Below are positions 12,743 to 26,675 of a stretch of 64,000 nt of DNA, one piece after another. The notes below the pieces were generated by a model, which worked only from the letters and a program-made list of their open reading frames with translations, had not been told where the DNA came from and ran no database searches. Both the position numbers and the translations under genes were made by a program. The stretch's first letter is position 1. Each line of letters starts with the position of its first letter. Source of the DNA: Perna viridis (taxonomy: Eukaryota); contig CM074523.1 in the NCBI GenBank assembly GCA_037379345.1, positions 1,248,525 through 1,312,524 on the forward strand. The letters run 5' to 3'.

Positions 12743-13949
12743 TACATATGATAGTCATATAATTATAATATAATAATCATGCGGTAATCATATTTAAACT
12801 GAAACATATAATTATCATTTCATGCTCGACTTGTATGATTATTATATGTTGCTAACCATATGATTTTCATGTGTAGCACATTTTGCACTGTATGTACACA
12901 TTTCAGACTTCTTGTCATTCATAATATTTTACATACATGGTCTCTAAACCAGTCATCTTACTAAATGCATCATTTTTTATTACCCCGATATTTCCTCCGG
13001 TTTGTCGGCTGAAATGATAAGAATACAATATGCACTTTCTTGGAAACAATGAACAACAATAATTTCAAATGAAACATCGCCATACCTTTTATATTTGACA
13101 CTACATTAAAAGATTTTTGGGATGTTCATCGATAGCAGCAACAGTCGATTGGCTATAGGTTAATATTTCCTTGTTAAAATAATATAGAACATTCAAATTG
13201 TTTTATTCTGTAAGTGTTTTGTATAATGACAATTAAGTCTATGTGTTTTTTTAGAATCGGGCAAAATGGGAAAAATTAGAATGCATGTCAAAACCCACCA
13301 ATCTGACAATATAATTTCACTTAAGGATACTTACTTATTTGAAAAGACCATTGTTTGCTCTCTGTACCACAGGATTTGCTTAGAAAGTTTTCGATAAAAT
13401 GTTAGAAAAAATAGTTTTTCGACATAGTTATTTGCCCATGAAATATTCATTTTCATTGTATTTGAATGAAATTATAACTTAATTTACCAAAAATGACATG
13501 GAAAATTTTTTTTACTTGATTTGATGGTACAAATAGTCAAATTAAACTTTCAAAATGGTGGGTATTTCAATACCATGTTTCACCCACTGCTTGATTCTAA
13601 CAGATAGTAGCAATTAAAAAATCGTTTGTTCAGTGTACATGTGCATAAATAAAGTACAACTGGGAATATATACGCTGTTTTGACAACGTGTAAAACGGCT
13701 ATCGTAAACACCAAAATATTTCTCAAATTGATAAATCCGATTGTGTACATTGTACATTCGATCCAGTTATTAAAATGATATGATCTGAAAAGAAAGTAAT
13801 GAATATTAATGACATTTTTTGAATGATATAAAATTATAAATTTGTATCTGCACTCGTACATCTGATATTCCCATAAGATACTATGAAAATATAATTGTTT
13901 TTGGGGTACCAATAATGGATGTTTTCGTGGGTTTAGTAAACAAAACAAT

Positions 13950-14560
13950 TGATTTTCGACCGAAAACGACATTTTCAAACTATATGACAAACACGATGAC
14001 TTTGCATTCCGTATTGTCAACTTTCCTTTCTTATGTGGCAACATCCTTTCAGAAACTACGTATTGAGTTTTCATATCATAACTCATACGTTATGTCAGAG
14101 ATCGCCGTTACATAGCAGATTTTTTATATCGCGCCAGACGTCTTGAAATTAGGCTTCTGGAACAGGAATGCTTTACTACAAGATTGAAGTTATCACTTCA
14201 GAAATTATGGCCGTCATCATAAACTCGTGGATTGTTACGGTATATTCCATCTGCACAATGAGGAGCGATTTGTTCAACGTTTAATAGTTTCCTTTTTCTT
14301 TTTCTTCTATCCCAGACTTGATGTTTTCATGAACAACTCAGTGGGTGTTTCTGGAAAAGCAGATGACTCTTACCCGACCGCTGCATCTGGTCCATGCTCC
14401 CAGTTTTTAATTGATTTCGAGATGCTCATTTACCTTTATTACTTTGTATGTATTATTTTGGTTATTCTATGTTCTTTGTCGTATTTGCCTGTATTCCATG
14501 TTTGTCTCTGGATTATATTCTTTTGATTTCCGCTAGAATCTTGGTTCCCTTGATTACTCT
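13950..14560 (+). mobile_element. Penelope-like RT C-terminus plus 3' end
   Basis: KLYDKHDDFAFRIVNFPFLCGNI...FLYRARRLEIRLLEQ, then the family 3' end. Confidence 0.8.
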
Positions 14561-15226
14561 TCCTCATCCATTTTCATGGGAGTGTTGTCAAATCCACGAA
14601 GAATCTACGAACTGGTCATTTTCACTAAAGCACGAAAATTGGTGTCCACAAATAAAAATACTTTCACAGTAAAACGTGTTATAGCTTACATTTACAAATA
14701 AGTTAGTGAGAATCCGGGGTTAATATTGACAAAGTAATTTTTACTATAACAAGTTAGCTTCAAACTCTGACAACTACATCCTGAAGGATCCGTTGTCCTG
14801 ACAACATGTATAACGGCTATCGAAACAACCAAAATATTTCTCAAATATGACAAATCCTATTGTACACATGCTGCAGTGGATATAATTATCAAACCACCTA
14901 TAAATCGATCTGTAAAAATTAAACAACAATAGTAACAATTTAAGAAATGTATACCACCTAAATATCCAAAATTCCCTAATTGCGTATTGTTTTGCCATAA
15001 GGCTGTTATTGCTTGATGGTCGTCATATACATTGTACTCGTCCATCAAACGTTTAGTTACTACATTCATGATTCCTTTTATAATGTTGCTCCGTTACAGA
15101 GAAAAGAACGAAAGACAAACGCAGCAAATGTAGCGTAATACTTTATTTTACTGACTGAAGAAAATCACAAGTTTTCTATTTTGGTTATAATAAATTTTAA
15201 CTTAACAATTGCTAACCTTTTGACAA

Positions 15227-15687
15227 AGTAATCAAGGGAACCAAGGTTCTAGCTGCAATCAAAAGAATGTAATCCAGGGACAAAGACCAGACATGGAAAA
15301 CAGACATACACAACAAAGAACATAAAGTATCTAAAATAATACATACAAAGTAACAAAAAATTCGTGCTTTAGGGAAAAATTACCAATTCGTAGATTCTTC
15401 GTGGATTTGACAACTCTCTTATGCAAACAGATGAGAAAGAGTAATCAAGGGAACCAAGATTCTAGAGCAAATCAAAAGAATATAATCGAGGGACAAATAC
15501 AACGGACTACAGGCAAATACGACAAAGAACATAGAATAACCAAAATAATACATACAAATTAATAAAGGTAAATGAGCATCTCGGATCCCACTAAAAAGTA
15601 GGAGCATGAGCCAGGTACACCTGTAAAGTAAGCGTCCTCTGCTTTCTAGAAACACACGCCGAGTTGTTCATAAAAAGTCAAGTCCAT
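15227..15687 (-). mobile_element. Two Penelope-like 3' fragments (15227-15358, 15438-15687) around a MITE piece
   Basis: Reverse complement of the family 3' end (AGTAATCAAGGGAACCAAG...). 15360-15687 mirrors 14330-14637. Confidence 0.75.
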
Positions 15688-17829
15688 TCAAAATTTTACA
15701 CCACATTCTTAAAATCATCTATGACAGACCAAACAGTTTGGTTTAGTTGGCTAAAATACGCTGAAAGTAAACAAAAATGAACGATCATGAAACATGTACG
15801 TCTAATTGTTTAACTGGCAGAAAATGCCTTATTTGCGCTAAATAATATTTTTGACCACAAAAACCTGAAAAATAGGCAATTTTTCGATTTTTCTAAATTT
15901 GCAATTAAACGGTTTAGTTTCTTTGTTGGACCACCAAATGTATTTACATTTTTTACTAACAATGACCAAAAGCACAAAATGCACTACAAACATATATATT
16001 ATGATATCATATTTCATATTTCAGTCATTTTTTGTAATTTATTAACCATATAATTATTTTTTCAACACAACATGATTGATTCTCCCAACTATACATGCCA
16101 ATGTGATCCAACGCCTAAACTAAAGGTTAGCAAAGTATTTCTTTATAGTTGTCAACTAAAACCTTTAGATTTTACCTTTAGGTACATGACATTTTTTTCT
16201 GTTATCATGGAATTCCTCATGAAATGGGTAATTTCGGATTTTATAAATTAAACAAAAATCCTCTTACTAGAGTTATTTCAATAGGTACCAGTTTTCAAAG
16301 CAAGTAATTGAGTAAAACATGTTTCATAATCACCAGGTTCCAATCAAAAGCATCTGCAATGGTTACTGATTATTTGGGAAAGTCTTAAAACGCATATGAC
16401 AAAATCTTATGATTAGTGAACATTGTGTCATCTTTACCACACACAGTTTAAGCCTTTTCAACTATGAACACAAGTTTTGTTTTTCCATTTATTGTTATTG
16501 TGACATATCTAAAAGTATATGATATTCAAGTAATGAATTTGCCTTCGAAGTTCTACTGAAACTCTTAGTTACGGTTTAAATAGTCAAAACTAAAAACAAA
16601 ATGATATCTATAAACATGGTAGACCTAAATTACGCATATATGAAATATCTAATGCATTGATTAGACATCATCATTATAAGCTTCAAAACAAAGCAATCAA
16701 AAATTAACAATTCATAAAATTATTGTAAGTTACTATCAAAATACCGAGAAATGATCACAAAAAAGTTTCTTTTTATATTAATTTAGCTACGTAAATAATT
16801 AATTCATAAATTGTTTGTGGTCAAACACTGAGTCTTCCGAATCGCATAAATTAGTCTTCACGTCTTTCCCCCAAGGCGGATTCCATATAAGAATATTTAG
16901 TCATTCTTTAAAGAGACAACACCGTGATGCAAGTTTGTATGGATTTTTGTGTTAGCAAATAATAAGACATCAGTACAACTATTTGAAAATTGTGTCATTT
17001 ACTGTAAAATGTATTATTGCGTTGCAAAAACCCTAACAATCTATTTAGACGATCTTCCAACTACTGATTTGCAAATAAAACTTTAGTCTAGAAGAAGCAA
17101 TTATAGAGGTAGACCTAGGGTAAGGGACGCAACTATTATTAGAACGTTTGTATTGAGCATTTTACACCAATCGTATGTAAGCATCTAAGTAATTTAGACT
17201 GATTTTACCAATCTTATGTAAGAAAGATTGAAAGGCTTTAGGTACGAGATCACAATTAATTCCCCTGTCCGGGGCCTTAAAATTATATATAGCAATATAA
17301 AGTTGCAATTTGAAACTCCGATTAATTCATTGATGAAATTAATCTTTAGATGAAAAACATTAAAGCAGAAAATTATTAAGGGATTTTAACACAATAAAAT
17401 GCATTATTACATTGAGCAGATTTGTTTCTATTGTTAAGTTTCATTACTGAATTATTCATATAAAGTATTATCATAATTCATAAAATCAAAATGTTTCGTA
17501 ATAAATTTCACCATTATTTTTTCATTATTGTGTGAATCTGTTCATTTTGTTATTTTTAAGGACGAAGTATACTTATGGGTGTTTTTGCTTCCGCCTTTGT
17601 TAAATTTCTAAACATGGCAATAGAATCCTAACAATCTGCATTTTAGTTATGGACTTAATGAACTACAACAACATAATCGTATTAGAATTTTATTTAGTAT
17701 TGGTTGGGTAATGACAAATGAATGCAGTGAAAAACTCAAGTTTCCGCAAATATAGTTAATTTTAGTACAAAATTGATAATTTTGTCAAATTTGTGCTACC
17801 TGCTTTAAAAGCACCGTAGCTTGTCCTCC

Positions 17830-18300
17830 TCCCTCTTCGAATAAACTTGGTATTTATGTGATTTCCTCGGTAGATCTCTGTTTCATTGAGTGCAGCCTCT
17901 GCTTTTACTTTTGCTGTGTGTGGTTAGTATGGAGTCCCAAAGTCGGTATTGGTAATTGCGCTTTCCAGTATCAAACTTTAGTTGTTTTTATTTATGTCAA
18001 TAGAAGTTTTCAGGTATGGCTATTTGAATTTGCTCAAATATGCATACAGCGGTCAAAAAGGGCATTGGTTGAGCACATAAATACTTTATGTTCGTTTGAA
18101 CAAATTGAATTTAGAACATAATGGGTATTTCCTGTCGCTATACAAAATGGAAAATTACATTTCCAATATTCTCTGTCCCATCTAGATGTCTTTATCATGT
18201 GTTGATAGCCATTAAACTCAATTCTGACTCTACCAAACTGATATGGTACAGAGTTCACTGCAAGCATTATATTTGCCATCGCTGCGCACTTGCTTAGTGA
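17830..18300 (-). pseudogene. FLYWCH zinc-finger / MULE transposase N-terminal remnant
   Basis: GRVRIEFNGYQH....REYWKC...C.A...H, a second degenerate KTTKV*YWK...HTNH, then IPSLFEE. Confidence 0.45.
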
Positions 18301-18344
18301 ACCTAAACTGACAGACTCATTATACAGTATTTCGAACATGTGTC

Positions 18345-18610
18345 AAGAGTCTTTAGATATGTATAAAACTTTCTCTTTTAAAATGCTGACACTATAGCTT
18401 TAATTGTCCAGTCTGCAAATGGACTACAAATGCTTTCTGAAACATGCTGCGATATCTGGAAACCTAATTTAGACACCAACAAAACTAAGGTTGTGGTTTT
18501 CGGTAAGAGCAAAGTTACCCAAAATATTAAATTTAAAATGTACGGGCAAAATTTTGAAACATTAGATCCATATTGTTATCTTAGAATATTATTCAATTGT
18601 AATGAAAATA
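18345..18610 (+). mobile_element. Non-LTR retrotransposon (LINE) RT C-terminal fragment
   Basis: SANGLQ...CDIWK.NLDTNKTKVVVF...F...E.LD.Y.YL.ILFN resembles the post-YADD thumb region of LINE RTs. Confidence 0.6.
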
Positions 18611-19798
18611 TCCATATTCCCTAACGAAGATACCATATTCTTCTAAAGTGACTAAAACTGTTTATAGGTAACTTTCCCTTCTTAATGGAGAAAGCAAGCC
18701 CATCACAGGAAACAGCCGTAAAAGAAATCATATTTAAATAAGCAGTAACTGGATATAAAGGTGAGTTTGTAAAGGTGCCAACGGAATGACATGTCACCTT
18801 TCTCCAAATTGAATAGTCTTTAACCATCTGTTCTTGACCAACACTATATCCTAATTATTAATAAATAATTTCGACATAACTATTTTGTACTATCAAAAGA
18901 ATAAATGGAACCAGGAACTAAATTTGACTTTTTTAACAAGGTATGTAAAAATAAACACTAAAATATAGTCACAAGGATTATCAAAGAGACAAAAATATTA
19001 GATATTTAGATACCGCAACAGTGTACTTGAAAACGGAATATGGACTAAACTTACCAATCAAAGTATCGATAGTACCAAAAATAGCTATGCCATTACAACA
19101 CTACATACGCAAAATTGAAAATAACCATATATGCTTGCGTGGATTGAAGCTAGCACACCCCATTACTAAACAAGAATCATTTGAAATCGAGCTATTAATA
19201 GGCGTCGACTATTACTGGGACATCGTGGAAGATCGCATTGTCAGAGGAAATGGTCCAACAGCCGTGAAATCAGAGATTGGTTACTTGTTATCAGGACCAG
19301 TAAAAGTAAACCGTGAGCAAAAATGCAGATCAGCGACAGCTAGAATGCTCAACGTAATGATATCGCACAAGATCGATGAGTAAAACATTGACAAATTTTG
19401 GAATCTTGAGTCAATTTACATAAACAGCAAGGAAGCCGATGAGACCGAAAGTAAAGAATACTTGTTATCATATTAAGAAAACTACATAGAAGGCAACAAA
19501 TACATTGCAGGAATGCCGAGGAAACAAGACCATGATGAATTAACATGAAATTTTATCGTCGCAAAGAAGAGAACCGAGAGCGTTATACGTAGATTGAGTC
19601 AAAAACCAGACATGCTAGATAAATACGGCAAAATAACAGTAGATCAGGTACGCAGAGATTTCATTGAGAAAGTGAGTGAGACAAAATCGAACGCCGCCAA
19701 AGTTCATTATATACCCCACCACCCAGCATACAAAGAGTCAGCTACCACTCGATCAAAATAGTATACGACTTAAGTTGTCGTCAGTCAATATCAATATG

Positions 19799-19925
19799 CA
19801 TGCTCCCAGTTTTTAGTGGAGTCCGAGTTGCTCATTTACTTTTGTTACTTTGTATGTATGATTTTAGTTACTTTATGTTCTTTGTTGTGTATGTCTGTTT
19901 TCCATGTCTGGTCTTTGTCCCTGGA
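19799..19925 (+). mobile_element. Penelope-like 3' fragment inside BEL/Pao
   Basis: CATGCTCCCAGTTTTTAGTGGAGTCCGAGTTGCTCATT...GTCCCTGGA. Confidence 0.8.
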
Positions 19926-20579
19926 GCAAACGAAATTTCCGTATCTCTTACCCTCAGATCACGCTTTTACCAAACTAGTCATATCCGACGCATATGAATA
20001 ACTGCTACATTCAGGACTCAATGCAACCGTTTCGTATCTACGTCAGAACTATTTGATATCAACGATTAGACAGTGCATCAAACAGATAATCCATAAATGT
20101 GTTACATGCAAACGTGTATTTGGAAAATCCTACAGAGCACCGACCATGCCTCCTTTACCGGAAATCAAAGTGCAAGATGCACCCCCGTTTACCTACACTG
20201 TAGTAGACTACACTAGAGAAGCAGACTTTACCTACAAGAAAGCATATGTGTGTTTTTTCACGTCCGCCTCGTCTCGCGCAATACACCTTGAAGTTGTTCC
20301 CCATCATAGCGAATATTCGTTTATTCAAGAGTTCAGACGTTTTATCAGCCGTAAATCACTGCCAAGAACACTTATTTCGGACAATTCTACATTTGTTGAG
20401 ATGAAGAAATGAGGAAATGAAGAGACTGTGCAATTCGGAAGTAATTCAAGACTACTTAGGATCACATGGATTTAATTGGCAGTTCATTTCCAAAACGTGC
20501 GCCTTGGTATGGAGGATTCTGGGGAAGACTTATTGGACTTGCTAGAACCAGTTTAAAGAAAGTTCTTGGTCGTTTGCAG

Positions 20580-20707
20580 GCGTCGGTTTCTCAAAAAGTC
20601 GTAAGTGTGAAATTCATCGTAAATCATGACGTCACAATGCTATTTTAGTTTATGACGTCATTACATACGATCACTTCTACACTTACGACTTTTTGTGAAA
20701 CTGACAC
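20580..20707. mobile_element. 128-bp PIF/Harbinger-type MITE with CAG TSD, inside the BEL integrase
   Basis: CAG at 20577-79 and 20708-10. Removing the element restores GRLQVDMVT. Confidence 0.85.
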
Positions 20708-22847
20708 CAGGTGGATATGGTAACTTAAGTGACAGTAATATCCGAAATTGAGTCTATTCTAAATAATAGGCCTCTAACCGATCTTTCGTCCGATATTAGA
20801 GACTGTGAAGCATTGACACCAGCTCAGCTCAGTTATTGTACGGCAGACGCATAACAACATTACCGTATCCGCATATAAATATTGACAAAACGAGTTATCC
20901 GACAGTCGTTAATCGTTCCGATCTCAACAAGCGTGCGAGAAACCACATCCTTTTAATTCAGAACTTTTGGAAACGTTCAAAAATGGACTATTTAGCGTCG
21001 TTACGCGAGTTTCATCGAACCCCTGGAAATAATGATCAGACAATTCAAGTCGGTGATGTCGTCCAAATTCACCAAGAATCGCCCAATGTCAACTGGAAAA
21101 TCAGAATTGTGACCGATGTAGTACGAGACAATGATCGACTTATTCGATCCGCACATGTTAAGACGAATACCGGAGAAACAACAAGACCGATTGTCAAATT
21201 GTATCCTCTAGAGGTGACGAAATCCGAATTGAACAGTAACATTCCGCATGTAAACTATGATAATACACACTACAATCCAACGGGCAGAGATAGTCAGTTG
21301 AATCGCCCATATTGTCCTGCAAATATGCTTTAATTATCCCGAAGACGGCATAATGATAATAAATAGGGGGGTTTAAGAATTAACAGATTATCACGCATTT
21401 TAACACTTATATGTTTTTGTCTTAAAATATCACACTTACAACATGATTTTGCTTGCTGTCATTATTTTGATAAATGTAAGGTTTCAAAAGGCAACAGCGA
21501 TGAATAATAGACACACATACCTCACGCCTTTAAAAATGCTAATCAATCACATTTGTGGATTTTCATAGAAATATAAGTTGGTAGTAGGTACCATTCTTTC
21601 GCTTAAATGGCATGGAATACTTTAAATTATGCAATGCCTTGGGTCATTAGAAATCGAAATCTAAGATGCTAAATAAAATGTACAAAAGCTTGTTTGAAGT
21701 AAGGTACTTGAAAGAAAATGGAAAGTACAGGTGAACAGTGGAAGAAAATATGAAATTCCGAAAAATCCCCATTTTATGAAAAACTTATTATTGTCACATT
21801 GAAACTGAAAAAAAGTACTCGCTTGACATGAACAGATATGTTTGATACATCGATAATTAAAAAAATATTACCCAATATGTCTTTTGTACACCGTTTATAT
21901 TAAGCCGACAATTAACATATTGTTTCACATTGGGGTATTTTTTTCATGGGTAGGGTTAGCAACTGTTCACCTAACTAGACTTGGAAAATTTCAAGTATGT
22001 ATTACATGGGCTCATTTGAAAGCTAAGACAATATATAAATGTAATGTATCACACATAAGCTTGTTTATACTATGGTATTTTTATGAACAAAAAAAAATGA
22101 CAAATACGGGTGATATAGAAAAAAATAAAATTCTGAAAATTACCCTTTCTGCAATTTTATAGTAATTATAACCCTAAAGAAAGCTAAGCTCTATGAACAA
22201 TCACGTTCTTGTAAAACTTTGAAATAGTAGAGTGTAAAGCAAGCACGTCGAAGATACCGAAATAATAGCTATGGAGAATTCTACTCTCCAATAATCCAAA
22301 AGTTGTTTAACTTACTACTGTAGTACACGTCAACGACACGTTAACAGCCTATTGTGCGGGCTATTGAGGGGGTTGGTGTTGGACATTCATAAATTGTTTT
22401 TCGACGCTGTCTTATTAGAACGAATAGGGCAAATAATTATAACTTAACGGACAAACATCAAAGTTTAAACAAAAAATCGGCAAAACTTAAATTAAAGGTC
22501 AATGTGGTAATTTACGGTTAGAAATTTAAACTTCTTCTATGATGAACGAAAACAAAATCTCGTATGTGTGGGGATAGAAAAGGGGGAACAACTCAAAACT
22601 TTGTTTTTCAAGTTAAAGACAAAAATGTAATCATGCAAATAATTTATTAAAAAACTAAATATAAACCGTGAGTCTAGCCTTTACATGAATTTTCTAATCC
22701 CACGTTTTTATAATTCAATAATATCATTTAATAAAAATAAAACCCTTCTATTTCTGCCTTTTCAATCCACATGTACTTATTAAAGAGAGAACAATTACAA
22801 CATCATGTGTTATTACAGCACTTAATCTATCCATATGAAGTTTTCTG

Positions 22848-22947
22848 GCATCGATTAAGTTTAAAGTTGATCGTAAGTAATGTCGTCACAACCTAAATTA
22901 GCATTTTGACGTCAACATATACTTGCGACTTTTTGTGAAATCGATGC
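22848..22947. mobile_element. Internally deleted copy of the same MITE, CTG TSD
   Basis: CTG|GCATCGA...GACTTTTTGTGAAATCGATGC|CTG. Confidence 0.65.
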
Positions 22948-24509
22948 CTGGTATACAGCGGTCGACTGGTATATAGGACGAAGTTTAAACAACAACAATA
23001 AACAAAACAAAACAAACAAAAAAATCCCGACCACAAGAAGCTGTGGTTCCCTTTCTAACGCGACATCAACTCACTGTTGGTAAATATATGTATATGATGT
23101 CGAATATTGAGACCATGGCAGTGGAGAATAAACAAACGTTTCCTATAGCACCGAGATAACAATGTACAAAAACTTGTAGAAGTGTCAGTAACAAAGGCGG
23201 GATGATATTACTTAATACCACTGATATTTTATCATTAAGTATTAGCAAACAATTTCATTGAATTGACTGAACAAAACCGTTAGATATAAAAAGAAAAGTC
23301 AATTTAATATAAAGTGCATTTATACCATTCCATTTTAAATGTATAATTGTTATATGGTTAAATGGAAAACAATCATTTATGGCAGTATAGGGGAGACAAT
23401 CATTTATGGCAGTATAGGGGAGACACAAAAATCAAATTAACTTTTTACATGCAAAGCGTATTTTTGTAAAAAAAAAAAAGCTTCATCGTTTGATGGTCAA
23501 AGTGGAGAAGTCAGTGAACTTTAATGCTCTTTTGAACCACTGTGGGTTAGAGTTGCTTTCGGGGATTTTGGTTACTTTCCTCCGTGCAAACGGCTATGCG
23601 AGGCAAGACACCGAATTCATTAAAAAACAAAACCTAATTAATTCTTTGATCAATGATATCACTTGAAATCAAAGATTTGTGATCAAAGAGGAATTCGTAG
23701 ATTTGAGAGTAACCTAACTTTGAGATTTTCTACGAAATCGGGTCCTAAATAGATAAACATGTCAAAATTATCATCACTGGGCGTCTTTACAACATTTTCC
23801 CTCAAATGGAAATATTTACTACAGGTTTAAATCTAAGTTTTACTTAGCTACGACACTGTAGATGGAATTGTATGTATACATATTGTTCGTGATCTTACGA
23901 TTTAAATCTCTGGTTAGTTCGGAAACTAAAATGCCGTAAGGATGACGTTAGCCGTAAAATTTAACTGAAGGCAGGTGTCAGTTATTAGTATATTGATAAT
24001 AAAGACAAATTGACTTATCGTATTTATCCATCGAATCGTTTATATTTCATTGAATGAATTAAATAAATTTGTCAAAAGCGTTTTCTTAAGACATGCAATA
24101 TTGAGTGTACTTGAACTGTTTTATTCATGCTATTCATGGAGTTCGACGATACCTCAGTTAGTCGTAATGCAAAGTGGAAGAATATTTTATTTATCAAGGT
24201 TTTCTATTACAATAGAAACTGACATATCTTTTCAAGATGGGAAAGAGGAACCCATGGGGAACATTTTGTTCATTCACTCAATTTTGTAAAAGATCAAGGA
24301 TTTGTTTTTGTTCACTAAAGTGCTTGGCTGACTGGTAAATGTAACTGCAATTTTCTCCGATCAAGAAATTAAGTTAAGCCCAGTCACAAGTTTAAGAATC
24401 CCCTCATAGCACCTTGTATCTAAAACCGAAAGAAAAAATGACCGTAATTTATACGGGGAAGTAGATGGCAGTTTGATGTGCATTTTAGAGGATTCGGTTA
24501 CAGCAGTTT

Positions 24510-24535
24510 ATGATGGGATTTTTTGGATTGTTTAT
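24510..24535 (+). CDS. Innexin 1, putative coding exon 1 (MMGFFGLF + 2 nt)
   Basis: ATG...AT|GTAAGT phase-2 donor, matching the phase of the 26665 acceptor. Same layout as innexin 2. Confidence 0.55.
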
Positions 24536-26462
24536 GTAAGTTAGATGACGTCATTATGATACACTAATCAGTTTTTGTTATGGAAAATGTTAAAATGTCA
24601 GTTTTTTTACGTGTGGTACAACTTTATTAAAATGACAAAGGTTTGGTCTTTGCGAGAGAAAACTTTTACCAAATGCCATCAATTCATATTTATAATATAT
24701 TTGTGTTTAAGGGCTAAAATATCAACCAATGACTCAGCACCCAGTTTTTTTGGTATTTTTTCCACACTCGTCCTATGTCTTTTTTGTAAGTTATGTCCCT
24801 TTAAAAGCCACAGTGAAATGACATATATACGATTGGTAAAAGTTAAGGGCTTATCAACCGCCACTATAATAAAGGCAAAAAAAATCAGATTTCAGGAGAA
24901 ATGAGTGAAATAAAGAAAACAGATACTCAGCTACGTTACGTACATTTGTTGCAGATTTCTAGTCGCAAAGTGTACATGTGAGCTCATACCGTCTATTACA
25001 ATTACAGTTACAAAGGCGATTCAAAGATTTAATGTTTGGGGCGTAAAGATAACATTTATCGAGCGAATAAACACTTCTTTGGAGAGAGAAAACGTGTTAA
25101 AATCAAGATTATATGCAAAATGTACATTCTTTATAATTTTTTTACGGTGGTATTCGCCGCTTAATCATACTTGCACTTTTTAATGGAAACCTTTAAACAA
25201 CCATACACAATAAAAGAATTCCTTGACAAATTTAATAAAAATCAGTTCTCGAAAAAAAGTATTGCCATTCTTTCAACTTGTGTTGTGTCGAAATGAAAGG
25301 CACTATATATAAAAAAAAAATCAAATAAGAAATGATCATCCCTAAAGATGAGGTTTACTCTTGGCGTCGTATTGTTGTCTAAATTTACTTAATTAAGAAT
25401 TAAGAATTAGTATTTACACGTACCTTTCGCATCACTTGACTATACGAAGAATTATTCGTGTATGGGAAAAAACAGACAGACTGACTGGCATAATGCATAG
25501 AAATCCCCTCGCTCGTGAATGGAAGCGACATAAGTACAAATGTACTAGAACCCTACATACAGCTCTTGAATGTTATAAAATTCCCATTTATACCATATCC
25601 TATCCTCCATTCTTCATTTCCCATTGTCCCGTACCTAATTCTCCTCCAGAATAACCATTGTATTTTTCTTTACCATTTTATTAAATTTTTCTTTACCATA
25701 TTATTAAATAATACCAAATTTAATTTTTGTATTTTGTAATTCTTCAACATTTCAACTAAATTACATGTAAATCACGTTTTAATGTCGACAAATACTTTTA
25801 AATTAATTTCCCCATACTCTAATTCCCACATCTCTAGCCCAGTCGAACTCCCCATCCCCGATAAAAAAGAAATTTTCGCCATACCAGTACTCTACGTTCT
25901 AGTACTCCTTTCACTTTTGTGCGTGTTAGTGTAACCATGCGGTCGGGTAAACACATTGTCTTATATCGAACTTACCCAAACATTTCCCTTTTATATGAAC
26001 ATAGATTATAGTATATCGAACAAGGATTTTAGAATTAACATGGTGTATGCAACTTTGTAAGTAACACTTTATGTATTTAGCGAGACAATTTACCACAATA
26101 TAAAGAAAACTATGGGGAAATGTGGGCCTTACAGAAATTTATTTTACATATGGGGGTTGGTCTGGGTTATCATTACCAGAATTCTCTCATATTTTGCACA
26201 AAAGTAATAAGATATAATATTCCAACAAAATGAGGGTTCTACACCCCGATATAAACGAGTCTAACTTTGATCTGACCTCAAACAAAATATGGTCATACCT
26301 GATCTCCATTTACTTGCCCTTCCTTCCCCATTTTGTTCTCGTTTATACATGACTGTATGTGCAGCTGCAATAGATCTCTAAAGTCATAGATAAAATAATT
26401 GACTTGTCTTCATTTTCTTCTTCTGTTTTGTTAAACAGATCACTTGAATGTTTTATATTATT

Positions 26463-26675
26463 AATGGTGTTTACTGATCTTGATTTTTGTTTTCAGTTTA
26501 GACAGACGCCATATAATGGTGTTTACTGATCTTAATATCTGTTTTCAGTTTAGACAGACGCCATATAATGGTGTTTACTGATCTTAATATCTTTTTCAGT
26601 TTAGACAGACGCCATACAATGGTGTTTACTGATCTCAATTTCTGTTTTCACTTTCTGTTTTCAGTTTAGACAGAA
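26463..26675 (+). repeat. Four tandem ~52-bp copies of the innexin-1 3' splice site
   Basis: AATGGTGTTTACTGATCT...TTTTCAG|TTTAGACAGA x4; the AGs end at 26496, 26548, 26599 and 26664. Confidence 0.9.

Larger units (their letters stand above)
18960..21240 (+). mobile_element. BEL/Pao LTR retrotransposon remnant (protease, start of RT, integrase, DUF5641-like tail)
   Basis: LLIGVDYYWDIV..GPTAVKSEIGYLLSGP; YIPHHP; HSGLNATV..LRQ..C..CKR; RAIHLEVV..FRRFISRK..SDN; APWYGGFW.RLIG; ESILNNRPL; FWKR..YL..LRE..VGDVV..RPIVKLYPLE. Contains stops, frameshifts and insertions. Confidence 0.9.

Noticed and set aside
18621-18850. Coding-looking segment between the LINE and BEL fragments
   Set aside because: Contains stops and no motif I can identify.
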